A stretch of 64,000 nt of DNA from Narcine bancroftii. Lineage: Eukaryota. The notes beneath the pieces are model-generated. The model did not search any database. It was not told where the DNA came from and was given only the letters and a program-made list of their open reading frames with translations. Location of the stretch: assembly GCF_036971445.1 (NCBI RefSeq), contig NC_091471.1, positions 2,852,001 through 2,916,000 on the forward strand, given 5' to 3'. Positions 25,701-39,239 of the stretch are shown piece by piece (position 1 is the first letter of the stretch; each line of letters opens with the position of its first letter). A program made the position numbers and the translations under genes.

Positions 25701-26470
25701 TCATGTATTGCAGATGCCCCCCTTTTGCAAGTCATGTATTGCAGATGCCCCCCTTTTGGATGTGATGTATTGCAGATGCCCCCCTTTTGCAAGTCATGTA
25801 TTGCAGATGCCCCCCTTTTGCAAGTCATGTATTGCAGATGCCCCCCTTTTGGATGTGATGTATTGCAGATGCCCCCCTTTTGCAAGTCATGTATTGCAGA
25901 TGCCCCCCTTTTGCAAGTCGTGTATTGCAGATGCCCCCCTTTTGCAAGTGGTGTATTGCAGATGCCCCCCTTTTGCAAGTGATGTATTGCAGATGCCCCC
26001 CTTTTGCAAGTGATGTATTGCAGATGCCCCCCTTTTGGATGTGATGTATTGCAGATGCCCCCCTTTTGCAAGTGATGTATTGCAGATGCCCCCCTTTTGC
26101 AAGTGATGTATTGCAGATGCCCCCCTTTTGCAAGTGATGTATTGCAGATGCCCCCCTTTTGGATGTGATGTATTGCAGATGCCCCCCTTTTGCAAGTGAT
26201 GTATTGCAGATGCCCCCCTTTTGCAAGTGATGTATTGCAGATGCCCCCCTTTTGCAAGTGATGTATTGCAGATGCCCCCCTTTTGGAAGTGATGTATTGC
26301 AGATGCCCCCCTTTTGCAACTGATGTATTGCAGATGCCCCCCTTTTGCAAGTGATGTATTGCAGATGCCCCCCTTTTGCAAGTGATGTATTGCAGATGCC
26401 CCCCTTTTGCAAGTGACGTATTGCAGATGCCCCCCTTTTGGAAGTGACGTATTGCAGATGCCCCATTTTG
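22781..26470. repeat. 31-bp tandem satellite GTGATGTATTGCAGATGCCCCCCTTTTGCAA (~119 copies)
   Basis: Directly visible and highly homogeneous, with recurrent GGAT/GCAA and GTC/GTG variants. Confidence 0.98.
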
Positions 26471-27599
26471 TTGCCATGGTACTTGTAGCTGGTTCTTGCG
26501 CTTGAGATCTTTGGGATGCTGGTGCAGAATTTGGCAGTGTCTCGTGTTGGAGCTGGTCCTTGCCACTAATATTCATGTCTGAATGTTTCTGGGTCTTATT
26601 GCACAGTTGCAAAGATTGTTTTTGAGGAACAAGAATGAAATGTTGGACGCTCATATACTGATGGAGAGATGGCCATTGAAGCAGAAGTGGATGAGGCAAG
26701 GCTGCTGCATGGAGGGGGATGCCGGGGCCTGCATGATTGAACTCGAATGAGCACAACCAGTATCTTCTTGGTGATGTAGGATTCCCCACCTGTTGAGACC
26801 ACTTTTACAAGGGCTGCACTGATGAGGGCAGCCTCTCACCACTTCTTTGGAAACCTTTGGCTCAGTTTTGCACAGAATTTCCATGGGCCTGGTGCGAAAT
26901 GGTCCTGGAGATGCCCAGACTGAGCTTAATGAGCAAATTATAGGCAATTATTTTGGAGCAGTTGTTTCTTGAGAGTTGACTGATAGGGAGATGGATTAAC
27001 TTTATTCCTTTATAAAGTGTTTGGTTTTCATGGTTGTCAACATTGTGACTGGTTCCTGTACATTCAGTTGTTTCTTCATCACGGGGTAAATTGAATTTGA
27101 CCTCCAGGAAGCTAAGATGGATGTCTAAATAAAAACAGAAAATGCTCGGTGGGAAGAGAAACGGGGAATGTTTCAAGTAGAAGTTCCTTTAGGTGGTGAA
27201 GGGTGTCCTTGCGCTACATGGCCTTTGGTCGTACTTGTAATACTGCTATGAGCATGTGTGTCTTCAACAGATCTTGTTACCCTCCGCCATTTGCCCTGTC
27301 TGGCCAAGTTAGTTTTAGGCTGATTTTGACGGGCACTGAACTTGGAGAGATTGCTTCTTCATATTCTAGTAAATACCTCGGACTCCAAGGATGACCTTTT
27401 GATTGTGAGCCAGTGGTTGTTGGTGGAAAGGTGAACCTTGGATTATATTTCACTGTGAGATTCAGGGTAAAGCTGGTGATATTGGCACCTGTTCATCCCA
27501 GGTATGGGATGGCTCTCCCAATCTGGACATTTCATGCTTGATCATCGACTAACTGCAGATACTAGGTGTCTGGAATGAAAAAACCGGCTTCAGTTCTAA

Positions 27600-28260
27600 C
27601 AGAATCTTCAAGTTTGAGGATGATACAACACCATTTGGCCTCATCAGCACCAATGAGGAGGTTGGAAGGCTCATCAAAGTGCAACAACCCAAGTCTCAAC
27701 ATGGACAAGACAAAGGAGATTGCTGGTGGACTTCAGGAGGACCATGGTCTACCATTCTTCACGAAACATCAATGGTTCCATGGTGGAGCAAGTGGAGAGC
27801 ACAAAGTTCCTTGGTGTTCATACAAATGACGACCTATCCCAGACCCACAAAACTTTATTAGTCAGGAAGGCACAGCAGTGCCCAACTTCCTAAGGAGGTT
27901 GAAGAGGGCAAGGCTACTGGTCCCCAGCTTGACAACATTTTACAGAAGCGCAATTGACGGTGTCCTGACGAGCTGAATCATTGTGTGCTGTAGTAGCTGC
28001 AAAACATTGGAGAGAACGTCAATACAGAGGGTCGCCAAAACTGTGAGATGATCACTGGAGTCTCTATTACCTCCATTGATGATATTTACCGGGAATGTTA
28101 CTTAAATAGGACTCAAAAAATTATTGAGGACTCTTTCCATCCAGCACACAGCATCTTTGTCCCACTCCCATCAAAGAGGTACAGGAGCATCAAAATCAAA
28201 ACTGCCAGGCTGGGAAATGTCTTCGCGCAGGATGTGAGATTAAACATCATTCAGTTACTA
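27600..28260 (+). mobile_element. Rex1/Babar-like LINE 3' fragment
   Basis: KFEDDTT..GLIS, SLNMDKTKE and IIEDSFHPAHSIFVPLPSKRYRSIK motifs. Confidence 0.75.
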
Positions 28261-29884
28261 AGTAATTTATCCCAAACTAGTTATACTTTATATTTAAAAT
28301 TATATCGAAGCGATTATTATGCGCTATGTATTGTGTGGAAGGAGAACAGGGGAGGCAACAATTTCAGTTAGAAAGATCAGAGATAGTGATGGGTGGAAAG
28401 ATATGATTGGCCATGCTGTACAGCAAGTCACCTGAATGATTGTGTGGGTGGACGTGTGTACACTGTGCTTTGGATAAACATTGTTTTGTCTGGTTGTACA
28501 TGTAGAGTCAGATGATGACGAACTTGGAAAAAAATGTTGGAAACACTCAGGCTGCATTTGTACAAAATGAAACATTTCAGCTTGAAGACCCTCGGTCAGG
28601 TTGACAATGTCATTTTCTCTTCTGCTCCAAATGTTGCCTGGCTTGTGTTTTTTGACTTTTATTCATACTCTTGGTGTTGACTGGGGGTGGGTTTTTTATA
28701 ATGTGTGAATCCAAAGCTATTGTCTGACCTTGTCCGATAAAATTCCAGCAATCTGCTTTCAGATTATTCAAAATCATGCTGATTACCAGATATGCCATTG
28801 TATAGAACGGCTGTGTATAGGACAACAGGGAATTTCCACCTCAAATGTTGGTTTTGAGTGACACCCTTTGTAGGACGCCCTCTCAAAATCGGGCACGTCA
28901 CTGACCAGTGGATGCTGTTCAAAGCAAATCAAAATATTTTAATAACAAATGATCATTTAAAGGTTTAAATTTTATTTGGATATTTTAAAATAAACCACTG
29001 TCGGTTCCTGTAACAGGCCGTTTAAAGCCTGTACAGAGCTGACAGCAGTGGGACCAAGCTGAGGAGCGCTGAAACTTCACAAGTCACTAACGGGGCATGT
29101 GCAAGATTGCAGGAAGATGGTGGCAGTGTTGTGTTTTTGTCTTCAAGGCAAGAATTTTAGACCCTTTATATAGGACGACCCATCCTGTACAGTGACGTGT
29201 ATGGTAGGCATCTGGGTCACTGGGTATGAATAGAACAGAGAATGCAGATACTGGAATCTAGTGTTCTAATTTTGGTTCACAGAAAATGGACCTGCTCCTG
29301 AAGCCTGTCATTCTGTCGTAAACAAACTTATCAGGAAAAAAAGATTGGGTAGAGGATTTATAATCCTTGACAATGCAGTAACCGTTTACAGAGAATTAGC
29401 ATAATTTTGTGCATGGGAATTGAAAGATATTGTATGGCCTTGCCCAATAAAATTTCATTGGGCAAGGGCATTTAAGATGTTCTTGAGAAAAAATATTGAT
29501 GGTAAGATGGAATACATAAACTTTAGCAAGGTTGTTAGAACATAATGTAGCACAGGATCAGGCCATTTGGCCCACAGTTTGCAAATATAATGCCCAAGTC
29601 AAACTAAAATTCTGTTGCTTGAACTTCAAGATTAATTATGATTTGATTTCACTAGTTACATCCCTGACAAAACCGTATTCTCCGGTCCTCAGTGGAAAAC
29701 GTGCAGACACAACACTTACACAGACAAATCATACTTGTGCAGGACAATTATACACATATAAAAATAAATAATATGTTCCATAATGTGGATTGACCTCTAA
29801 TCCATTTCTTCACAGCAGCTGGCCAGGATGCTGTCAATAGAGGTCCTGTAAAAGGTTGACAGGACGGTGGCTGGTAGCTTTGTC

Positions 29885-30455
29885 TGCAGCAATGACTGAA
29901 CTTCCTGAGAAGACTGAAGTAGGCAAGGCTACTGGCCACCATTCTGCCAACTTTCCACAGGAACTCTATCAGCACAGTGTGGTACAGTTGCTGCAAAGAA
30001 GTGGATCAGAGGTCAACCACAGGGGCATAAGAGAGGCAGAGGGGATCATTGGAATCTCCCTCCCCCCACCACCCCCACCCCGTGACGTGACTTACCGCGA
30101 TTGTTGTCTCTAGAGGACATGCAAAATCATGGAGGACTCTTCCACCCTGCACACAACATTGTCAGCTGCTCCTATCGGGGAAGAGATACAGGAGTATCGG
30201 AGCCAGCCCCACCAGGCTGAGGAACAGCTTCTTTCCACCAGCACTGAAAATGCTGAATGACCAAAGGAACTGTTCACATTAACTATCCAAAACTTAATAG
30301 TCACTAGACACTATTTATCTATTTATGGATATTTGTTCTGAATATGTATTGCTTGTCTGTGCGTCATGTTGTGTACCTGCATGTTTTGCGTCGAGGACTG
30401 GAGAATGTTGTTTTGTTGGGTTGTACTTGTTCAATCAGATGATGATAAACTCGAA
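29885..30455 (+). mobile_element. Rex1/Babar-like LINE 3' fragment
   Basis: Similar to the 3' part of 27600-28260, with a CAATCAGATGATGATAAAC-type end. Confidence 0.6.
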
Positions 30456-31250
30456 CAAGAACTTGAAATGTAATAAAAACAGGTGTAATATTACACAAAA
30501 TTGACAAAGATTTGCCATCAGCAAAAACTGTCTGGCACCCGTTATAGTCAGAAAGAGAAGCAAAAGAGAGTGTCCACCCTTTATCTCTCCCCCCCCCCCC
30601 CCACCCCACCACAATCCAGAGCCACTGAGTGTCTGTGGATTTGCCTCAGAGCTCCCGCAGCCACACAGACTTCCTTTGAAATTGTTCGTAATTGAGCTCC
30701 AAAATGATCAGGAAGCCTTCAGCGCCCCCTACACCTCTCGCATCCCAGTCCTGATAACTGGTACCTCTTCAGCCAGTATCGAGCCAGTCTGCAGCAGCCT
30801 GTATGGGTTGCTTGCCTTGAGTCGCCCGCAGCTTGTGTGGGTCCTTCAGCTGCTGAACCTCTCTGTGGTCCGCCACCATGGTCACTGTCCAGTAAGGTCG
30901 TCTCCTCTGCTTCTCAAATGGGGGGTGGGTGGGTGGTTTCTCTGTTTTCTGGTGCCCTGCAACAGTTCTCTGCTTTCCTGGAGTCTGCAACCCCCGAGGC
31001 CACTGCCGCACATAGGTGTTGTTCTCTTGGGCCCCAGACTCAAGTTTCAGGATTTTAAAATAAACTTCCATCAGCTCCTTTAACTGGGCTTTAAACTTGT
31101 ACAGAGCCGTACATGGTTGGGCTGGGTGGTTGAACCTTGCGGAACAGTACTGTGTCTCTGCTTCCCGCAGGTCCACTCCAGCGGCAGTATTGCCGTTGCT
31201 GCAGTAGCAGCTGGGCTTTAGTTTAGAAATTCAGTTGAGCCTATGAGGAA
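30455..31250. repeat. Unclassified interspersed repeat (related copies at ~41345-42050 and ~47112-47400)
   Basis: Shared ATGTAATA...TAATATTACA... and AGAAAGAGAAGCAAAAG blocks in all three copies. Confidence 0.6.
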
Positions 31251-31404
31251 ACACCTTTTTTTGAACTATATACAAATTTTAGTCAAGTCGTCAGGCATGT
31301 ATCTTAAACCTGTTAATTCTAATTACAGTAATAAAAGATGTAGTTGGAAACAGTATAACCAAATACAAGCCACTCACTGATACAGATGGTAAGGAAATAG
31401 ATGG

Positions 31405-32137
31405 GAGAGCATTGATGAATACAGAAGAGCAGAAGGATTTAGGAGTAACGGTTCATCGTTCCCTGAAGGTAGAAACTCACGTGAATAGGGTGGTGGAGAA
31501 GGCTTTTAGTATGCTGGCCTTTATCAATCATTGCATGGAATATAGGAGTTGGGAGGTGATGTTGAGATTGTATAAGGCGTTGGTGCGGCCTAATTTAGAG
31601 TTCTGTGTGCAGTTCTGGTTGCCTAATTATAGGAAGGATATAAACAGAGTGGAGAGAGTGCAGAGAAGATTTACCAGAATGTTACCTGGGTTTAAGCATC
31701 TAGAGTATAGGGAGAGATTGGACAGATTAGGTCTTTGTTCTTTGGAGCGTAGAAGGTTGAGAGGGAATTTGATAGAGGTATTTAAGATTATGAAGGGGAT
31801 AGACAGAGTGAATGTGGATAGACTATTTCCGTTAAAGAGTAGGAGAGATTGAAACAAGAGGACATGAGTTAAGAGTTAAGGGGCAGAGGTTTAGAGGTAA
31901 CATGAGGGGGAACTTCTTTACTCAGAGAGTGGTAGCGGTGTGGAATGAGCTTCCGGGAGAAATAGTGGCGGCGGAGTCAATTTTATTATTTAAGAAAAGG
32001 TTGGACAGGTATATGGATGAGAAGAAGGTGGAGGGTTATGGGCATTGTGCAGGTAGGTGGGACTAGAGAGGAGTGTTTGGTTTGGTGCAGACTAGGAGGG
32101 CCTAATGGCCTGTTTCCGTGCTGTAATTGTTATGTTA
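31405..32137 (+). mobile_element. CR1-clade LINE 3' fragment, relatively intact
   Basis: ORF 31412-31852 (LYKALVRPNLEFCVQFW...ERVQRRFTRM), a 3' UTR and a TTGTTATGTTA tail. Confidence 0.9.
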
Positions 32138-32372
32138 AAGATCGCCAGTAAAGGATGTATAAGGGAGGCAGGGACATTGGGAATCTTCTTAAGGCAAAAA
32201 TAAAATGTTGGAAAATGTAGAAATCTAAGGTTTGGTTCAATGTGTTCTTAATTAAACGTGATAAAAAGGATGTGAACTGGAGGTGTGTGTCTCAATTCAG
32301 TCTTTGAATTAGCAAAAAACAGACAAGGTTGATAATGATGGGTATGGCCCTGAGGAACTAAAAAGGGCATAT

Positions 32373-34877
32373 TGTAGTGTACGCACTATGTGGTGTGGAG
32401 GCCGAAGACTGATTTATTGCCCTGCCAGCTCTGTTTATATTCACTCCCTGCCTCTGACAACAGGGGTGACATTGCAGTTATGGCCTCCGACTGGCCAGCG
32501 ATCCTGCTGTTGCCCACTGTTTCCTACCATGCAGGAGGTCATGCGGGACAATGGCCATTGGTCCCTGTGGGGCCCTCATAATCGTCGCATTCACTAACCT
32601 TTTGTGAGCCGGGTCACGACTCGGTTCGCGGGCCGTTGCACGACCCCGCTCCCCAAGAACCGGCGATTGGAGCGTCCGCTGCTGCTTTGGGTGGCCGACC
32701 TCTAGGTCATGGGAGCTGGCTGGCTAATGTCTACTTGGGCCGGTTTCAGGAAGTCGAGGGTGAAGGTTTCCTCTTTGCCCGCAATGTTCAATACACGCAT
32801 CGACCCATAGTGCCTGATGACTCTGTACAGCCCCTCGTAGGGCTGTTTGAGGGGTGCCTGGTATGCGTCCCTTCGCCCAAAAACATTCACAGGTGTGCAA
32901 GTGCTTGGGAACGAAGGTTTGGGCTGGCCATGCAGCGGGGCCTGTGGAGGGGCTAGGGTACCTAGTCTTTCCCTCAGCTGTTTCAGTGCAACTGTGGGGG
33001 TTTCTGGAGCCTTGCAGCAGCCAAGGACTCCCTCAGAATAATCAGGACGCACCACAGACCATTTTTGGTGCGGAGTGCGTATCCTCAGAAAGACCCAGGG
33101 CAATTCGTCGGCCCAGTTGGGCCCCTTGAACCAGGCCATTAGGGCTTCTTTTAAGTGTCCGTGGAACTGTTCTGCCAACCCATTGGCCTGCAGGTGATGT
33201 ACTGTGGTATGGTGAAATAGGGCTCCCAGCAGTTTAGCTAGTGCTGCCCAGAGTCCCAAGGTAAACTGTGCTCCCCTGTCTGAGGTGAGATGTTCCAGGA
33301 CTCCGAACCTGGACACCCAGGTGTTGATTGGTGCCTTGGCATAGGCCTCTGTGGTCGTGTCGGCCATCAAGACTGCCTCTGGCTGCCTCGTGGAGTAGTC
33401 AACCAGAGTGAGGAGGTATCTCGCCCCATAATGTTGATGTGGATGTGGCTCAAAAGTCTGTTGAGGTGCTTTAATATGAGTTTGAACCTTGGATGCCTGG
33501 CAGAGCGAGTAGGTCTTGGCCCACTGACTGACCTGTTTGTGGAGCCCGTGCAGGATGAACCTGTTGTCCACCATCTTTACTGTCATTCTGATGGCCAGAT
33601 GTGCCAGGTTGTGCACCATGTCGAAGACTTGCCTTCTCGATGCCTGCCAGCATGATGGGGTGGGGTTTGCCAGTGGAGACGTTGCAGAGGAGCGTCTGGT
33701 TTCTGGGGGCAATGATGACATCCACCAGCTGCAGCCCAGAAAGCGTCCTCTTGTATGCCAGGATCTCAGGGTTGCTATGTTGTGCCTTGGCTAGGGCTGA
33801 ATAGTCTATGCTCTGGGATAGAGTGTGGGCAGATTCAATGGTGGGATGGGAGAGTGCATCGGCCACCAAGTTGCTCTTGCCAGCGGTGTATTGGATGTCC
33901 GTGGTGAATTCAGACATGTAGAAAAGATGCCTCTGCTGCCTGGCTGACCATGGGTCAGACACTGAGAAATGCGAAGGTTAGTGGTTTGTGGTCTGTGATG
34001 ATCTTGTCTGCCTTCCAGAAAGAATGGGAAGTGTGTGACTGCCAGCTACAATGTCAATAGCTCCCAGTCAAAGGCACAGTATTTAAGTTCAGTTGGCTGG
34101 AGGTGCCTGTTAAGGAAGGCCATGGGCTGCCATTGCCCGTCGATCAGATGTTTGAGGTCCCCTCCAACTGCTCTGCTAGAGGCATCCACTGTGAGATATC
34201 CTCGGGCAGCTGCTCCAGGAAAATCTGCTCAAAGACCAGGCATGGTCTTTGCCCCTCGGCAAGTGCAAGCATCTCACTCAAACCATCCATGTGCAGCAAA
34301 TGGATGGCGGGCTTGTGCCGTGATAGCCCGAAAGTGTGGGTTAATAGTTCTTTGAGGGCACCATATTTGCCTTGCTACGGAGGCTGCCATAGGAAATCTA
34401 TGACCCTCGCTCTTGTGTCCTAGACAACTGAGCTCTCTATGTAGTAGTAGCGGGTGTCGTCTTCGGTGATCTATCAAAGGTGGAACTGGGTCTCGTCCTG
34501 GGATGCCCAGAAGGTTGGCAGCTTTACCGAGACCATGTGGAGAGCTGCCTGGTCCATCATCTTCGGGTCCAACAGCTAGTTGGACCTGGCAGGGTCACCA
34601 ATGTAGCGAGTGTGCAACGCGAAGTATGGAGTAAGAACGACACACACACAGTTGAGTTGAAGTCGAAGACTGATTTATTGCACTGCCAGATCTGTTTATA
34701 TGCAACCCCAGACTCTTGACGACAGGAGTGACATCATCGCAGTGCCAGCCTCCAACTGGCAGGCGATCCCGCCATGCAGGTGGTCTCGCAGGACGACAGC
34801 TGTTGGTCCCTGCAAGGCTCTTGCGATTGCAGGCCATTTTGTGAGGTGGATTGCGACTTGGTTCACGGGCCACAACA
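32373..34877 (-). mobile_element. Gypsy LTR retrotransposon, internally deleted (RNase H/integrase remnants)
   Basis: LTRs at 32373-~32640 and 34602-34877; 4-bp TSD ATAT (32369-32372, 34878-34881); PBS TGGTGACCC; PPT; integrase motifs TSDRGAQFT, NGLAE and PYEGLY. Confidence 0.9.
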
Positions 34878-35490
34878 ATATAAACCAGGAACTCGGTGAA
34901 AGAAAAGTTGCAGATACTACAATCTTGAGCAAACAAAGAATTGCAGGAGGCACTTGGTGGGTCAGACTGCGTTCATGGGTAGAAATGGTCAGTCAGCATT
35001 TAGGGTTCAATCCTGAAACACTGACTGACATTTCTACCCGTGGATGCTGACCGAGTTGCTAAGCTTCTTCAGCAATTCTTTGTTTGCGAGGGATCTTGGG
35101 GTGATTCTGTTGCATGAACCTAGGGTCAATGCACAAGACAGAACCCCAAAAATAATGCGAGATCAACTAATATCGTTAACAGGTAATATTGAGGTAGTTT
35201 GTTTGTTTTTGTTTTTTAATACTGAAATACTGAGTACAGAAATTTTGGTAGCACTTAAAGAGGATGTGAAAACAGAGCACTTGTAAATTATCACTGGAAC
35301 TAGTCATTCTGGGTTTATGAAAGGGCATTTATGTTTTGGATGCCCGTTGGAGATTATTAATGATATAAATTGGAGAAAATCAATGAATGTGGTGTACTTG
35401 AGTTTTCAGAAAGTCAAGATAAGATCTCACTTGTGGCTAAGTCTGCAAAATGTTGGAAATGGGGTGGTCTGAAATTGGTTGATTAAAAAT

Positions 35491-35601
35491 CGTGTCTGCC
35501 TATGCCGCATCGGACTTGTCAGCCACAAACGAGCCTGCAGCTGACGTGGACTTTTACCCCCTCCATAAATCTTCGTCCGCGAAGCCAAGCCAAAGAAAGA
35601 A
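35491..35601 (+). mobile_element. RTE-clade LINE extreme 3' fragment
   Basis: Near-identical to the 3' end of the 11579, 56055 and 61374 copies (…GCGAAGCCAAGCCAAAGAAAG). Confidence 0.85.
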
Positions 35602-36297
35602 AAAAATATCCTTTTTTTTTAGGATGACTGGCAGCTATTTGTGGGGAATTACAGGAAGCATTGCTTGGGCCCCAGGTATTTAAATGCTTTTGATGAGATA
35701 TGGGTCCATAACACCCTGAAAGTGTTAACAAAAGTGGATGGGCTGGTGAAGGTGTCCAGCACGCATGCCTTCAGTGGTCTGAATGTTGAGCTGGTAACTT
35801 CTGTTGCAGGTGTATACACTTCGGTTAGGCCAGATTTGAACTATTGTGTTCATTTCTTGGTGTTGCTCTGCAGTAAAGGGGAGGATGCAGAAGAGGTTCA
35901 ACAAGGTGCTGTCTGGGTGAGAGACAATTGGGCATTAGGAGAAATTGGACATACTTGATTTTTTTTTCTGGAGCAAGGTCAGGTGGACAGTAATTTTCCT
36001 GCAGGTTGGAATTGTCAAATACTAGAAACCACAGCTTAAAGGTTATGGGGACAGTTTAAAGGTAATTTACTTCATAGCTCTGAATTTAAAGATATTACTT
36101 AAATGTCAGATTTCTTGGATCAACTAGATTTACCAATCCTTTCCTAGGACAGGTGTTCAAGGCTGGAGGCACCTATTTCTTGGGAGCAAATATCTATAGT
36201 TATTTCCTCATTATAGTGTGGTAAATCTCCAGGACTAGATGGATATCCTGTCGAATTTTATGAGTTTTTCACCATATGGCTTGTGCCTTATTTAAGT

Positions 36298-39130
36298 TAT
36301 ATAACCATATACAGCACAGAACAGGCCAGTTTGGCCCTACTAGTCCATGCCGGAACAAATCCCCACCCTCCTAGTCCCACTGACCAGCACCTGGTCCATA
36401 CCCTTCCAATCCTCTCCCCTCCATGTAATTATCCAGTCTTTCCTTAAATGTAAATAACGTTCCTGCTTCAACCACCTCCACCGGAAGCTTATTCCACATC
36501 CCAACCACCCTTTGCGTGAAGAAATTTCCCTTCATGTTCCCCTTATAATTTTCCTCTTTCAATCTCAAACCTCGGCCTCTGGTTTGAATATCCTCCACTC
36601 TTAATTGAAAAAACCTATCCACGTTGATCTCTTTGTCCCTTTTAAAATCTTGAACACCTCCATCAAATCCCCCCTCAATCTTCTACGATCCAGAGAAAAA
36701 AGCCCCAGGCTGCTCAACCTTTCTCTGTAACTCAAACCCTGACATCCTGTCAACATTCTCGTGTACCTTCTCTGCACTCTCTCTATTTTGTTTATATCCT
36801 TCCTATTCGGTGACCAAAACTGCACACAGTATTCCAAACTTGGCCTCACCAATGCCTTGTACAATTTCATTATAACATCCCAACTCTTGAATTTAATACT
36901 CCGATTTATGAAGCCCAACATTCCAAATGCCTTCTTCACCACACCATCTACCTGAGCATCAGCCTTGAGGGTACTATTTACCATAACTCCTAAATCCCTT
37001 TGTTGCTCTGCACTCCTCAATTGTCTACCATTCAATGTATATGACCTATTTAGATTTGCCTTTCCAAAATGCAACACTTCACACTTATCCGTATTAAATT
37101 CCATCAGCCATTTCTCAGCCCACTCCTCTAGCTTTCCTATATCTCTTTTTAAGCTACGGTAATCTTCCTCACTGTCCACAATACCACCAATCTTTGTGTC
37201 ATCTGCAAACTTACTTATCCAATTCACCACCCCTTCTTCCAGATCGTTAATATATAACAAACAATAGTGGACCCAGTACCGATCCCTGAGGAACTCCACT
37301 AGTCACCGACCTCCAATTTGACAAACAATTTTCTACCAGTACTCTCTGACACCTCCCATCCAACCACTGCTGAATCCATTTCACTACCTCCTTATTTATA
37401 CCTAATGCCTCCACCTTTTTACCTAACCTCCTGTGGGGAACTTTGTCAAAAGCTTCACTAAAGTCTAAATAGACAACATCCACAGCCTTCCTTCCCTTCA
37501 TCAATTTTTTTGTAACCCCCTCGAAAAACTCAATCAGGTTTGTCAAGCATGATCTACCCCTGACAAAACCATGCTGACTACTACCTATCAATCCCTGTTC
37601 ATCCAAATATTTGTAAATGCCAACCCTCAGAACAATTTCCATCAACTTACCCACCACAGATGTCAAACTCACAGGTCTATAATTTCCAGGCTTACATTTG
37701 GACCCTTTCTTAAACAGCGGAACAACATGAACCAACCCTTCAATCCTTTGGCACTACCCTGTGACCAGTGACATCCTAAATATCTCTGTTAATGGCCCCA
37801 CTACCTGTACACTAGTCTTCCTGAGTGTCCTTGGGAATACATTGTCCGGACCCGGAGATTTATCCACCTTTATCTTTTTTAACACAGCCATCACTACCTC
37901 CTCGGTTATCCTTATATGCTTCATGGCCTCCCCTCTATTTTTCTTTACCTCAACTGGTTCAATATTTTTTTCCCTAGTGAATACCGAGGCAAAGAAATCA
38001 TTCAAAATTTCCCCCATTTCCTCTGACTTCTCACTCAGCCTACCTTCGCTATCTACAAGGGGTCCAATTTTATCTCTCACTAATCTTTTACTTTTAATGT
38101 ACTTATAGAAACCCTTTGGATTTATTTCTACTCTGTCAGCCAAAGCCTCTTCGTGCCTCTTTTTGGCCTTTCTAATTTCTTTCTTAAGATTTTTTCTACA
38201 CTCTTTGTAGTCGTCTTTCAGTTTCTCAGCTCCCTGCTGTTTATACCTCTTGAACACCTCCCTCTTTCTCCTAACCAAATTTCTAATATTCCTCGAAAAT
38301 CAAGGCTCCCTATGACTTCCGGCCTTTCCTTTGATCCTCACTGGGACATATCTACTCTACTCTCAAAATTTCTTCTTTGAATATTCTCCATTTTTCATTT
38401 ACATCCTTTCCTGAAAAAATCATGTCCCACTCAATACTCCCCAAATACATTCTTATTCCTTCGAAATTTGTTTTTCTCCAATCCAGAACTTCAACTTTAG
38501 GCCCTTCTTTGCTTTTCCCTAAAACTAATAGAGTTGTGATCACTAGACCCAATTTGTTCTCCAACATTAACCTCAGACACCTGACCTATCTCATTCCCTA
38601 ACAGGAGATCCAGTATTACACCGTCCTGAGTCAGTTCCTTCATGTATTGGGGAAGAAAACTATCCTGTACACATTTGACAAACTCTAGCCCATCCAGCCC
38701 AGGTATCCCAATCAATGTGAGGGAAGTTAAAATCTCCCATGATCACTTCCTTATGTTTATTACACCTATATGCTATCTCCTTACCAATTTCCTCTTCCAA
38801 TTTTCTTGGCCCATTTGGTGCCCTCATGCCTCCTCCACCCCTCAATTCCACCCAAACAGCCTCACTGGACAATCCCTCCAAACCATCCTGCCACCTCACG
38901 GCAGTAATGTCCTCCTTAACAAGCAGAGCAACTCCTCCCCCTTTTTTAGCCCCTGTTCTATCACATCTAAAACATTTGTATTCTGGAATATTTAGTTGCC
39001 AGTCCTGTCCCTCCTGTAACCAGATCTCACTAATTGCCACCACATCATGTTCCAAGTGCCAATCCATGCTCTAAGCTCATCTACCTTGTTCACTATGCTT
39101 CTTGCATTAAAGTACATGCATTTCAGAGAA
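36298..39130 (-). mobile_element. CR1-clade LINE, most of ORF2 (APE endonuclease + RT), frameshifted
   Basis: Consecutive ORFs: DVVAISEIWL...GGGVALLVK...MGDFNFP (endonuclease), KSPGPD, NYRPVSLTSVVGKLME, GVPQGSVLGP, KFADDTK. Confidence 0.95.
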
Positions 39131-39239
39131 TTCTGTGATGACTCATTTAAGGATGAGAAGCTTCCTTCATCTTAATCTTTTATTTTGAAAAAAGGAAAGG
39201 ACCCAGATGAATGTGCATCTTATAGTCCAATTTCATTGA

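Noticed and set aside
22781-26470. CRISPR-like array (31-bp repeats; likewise the 32-bp array at 51463-52172)
   Set aside because: Units are head-to-tail with no unique spacers, there are no cas genes, and the context is a vertebrate intron.
22774-26789. Long Cys/His-containing ORFs (QKGGICNTSLAKGGHLQYITCKRGASAIHHL)n resembling zinc fingers
   Set aside because: These are translations of a 31-bp satellite; all three minus frames give the same peptide and the spacing does not fit C2H2.
32702-33721. Domesticated integrase gene
   Set aside because: It sits between LTRs, the HHCC motif is degraded, the first catalytic Asp region appears deleted, and adjacent pol frames are broken.
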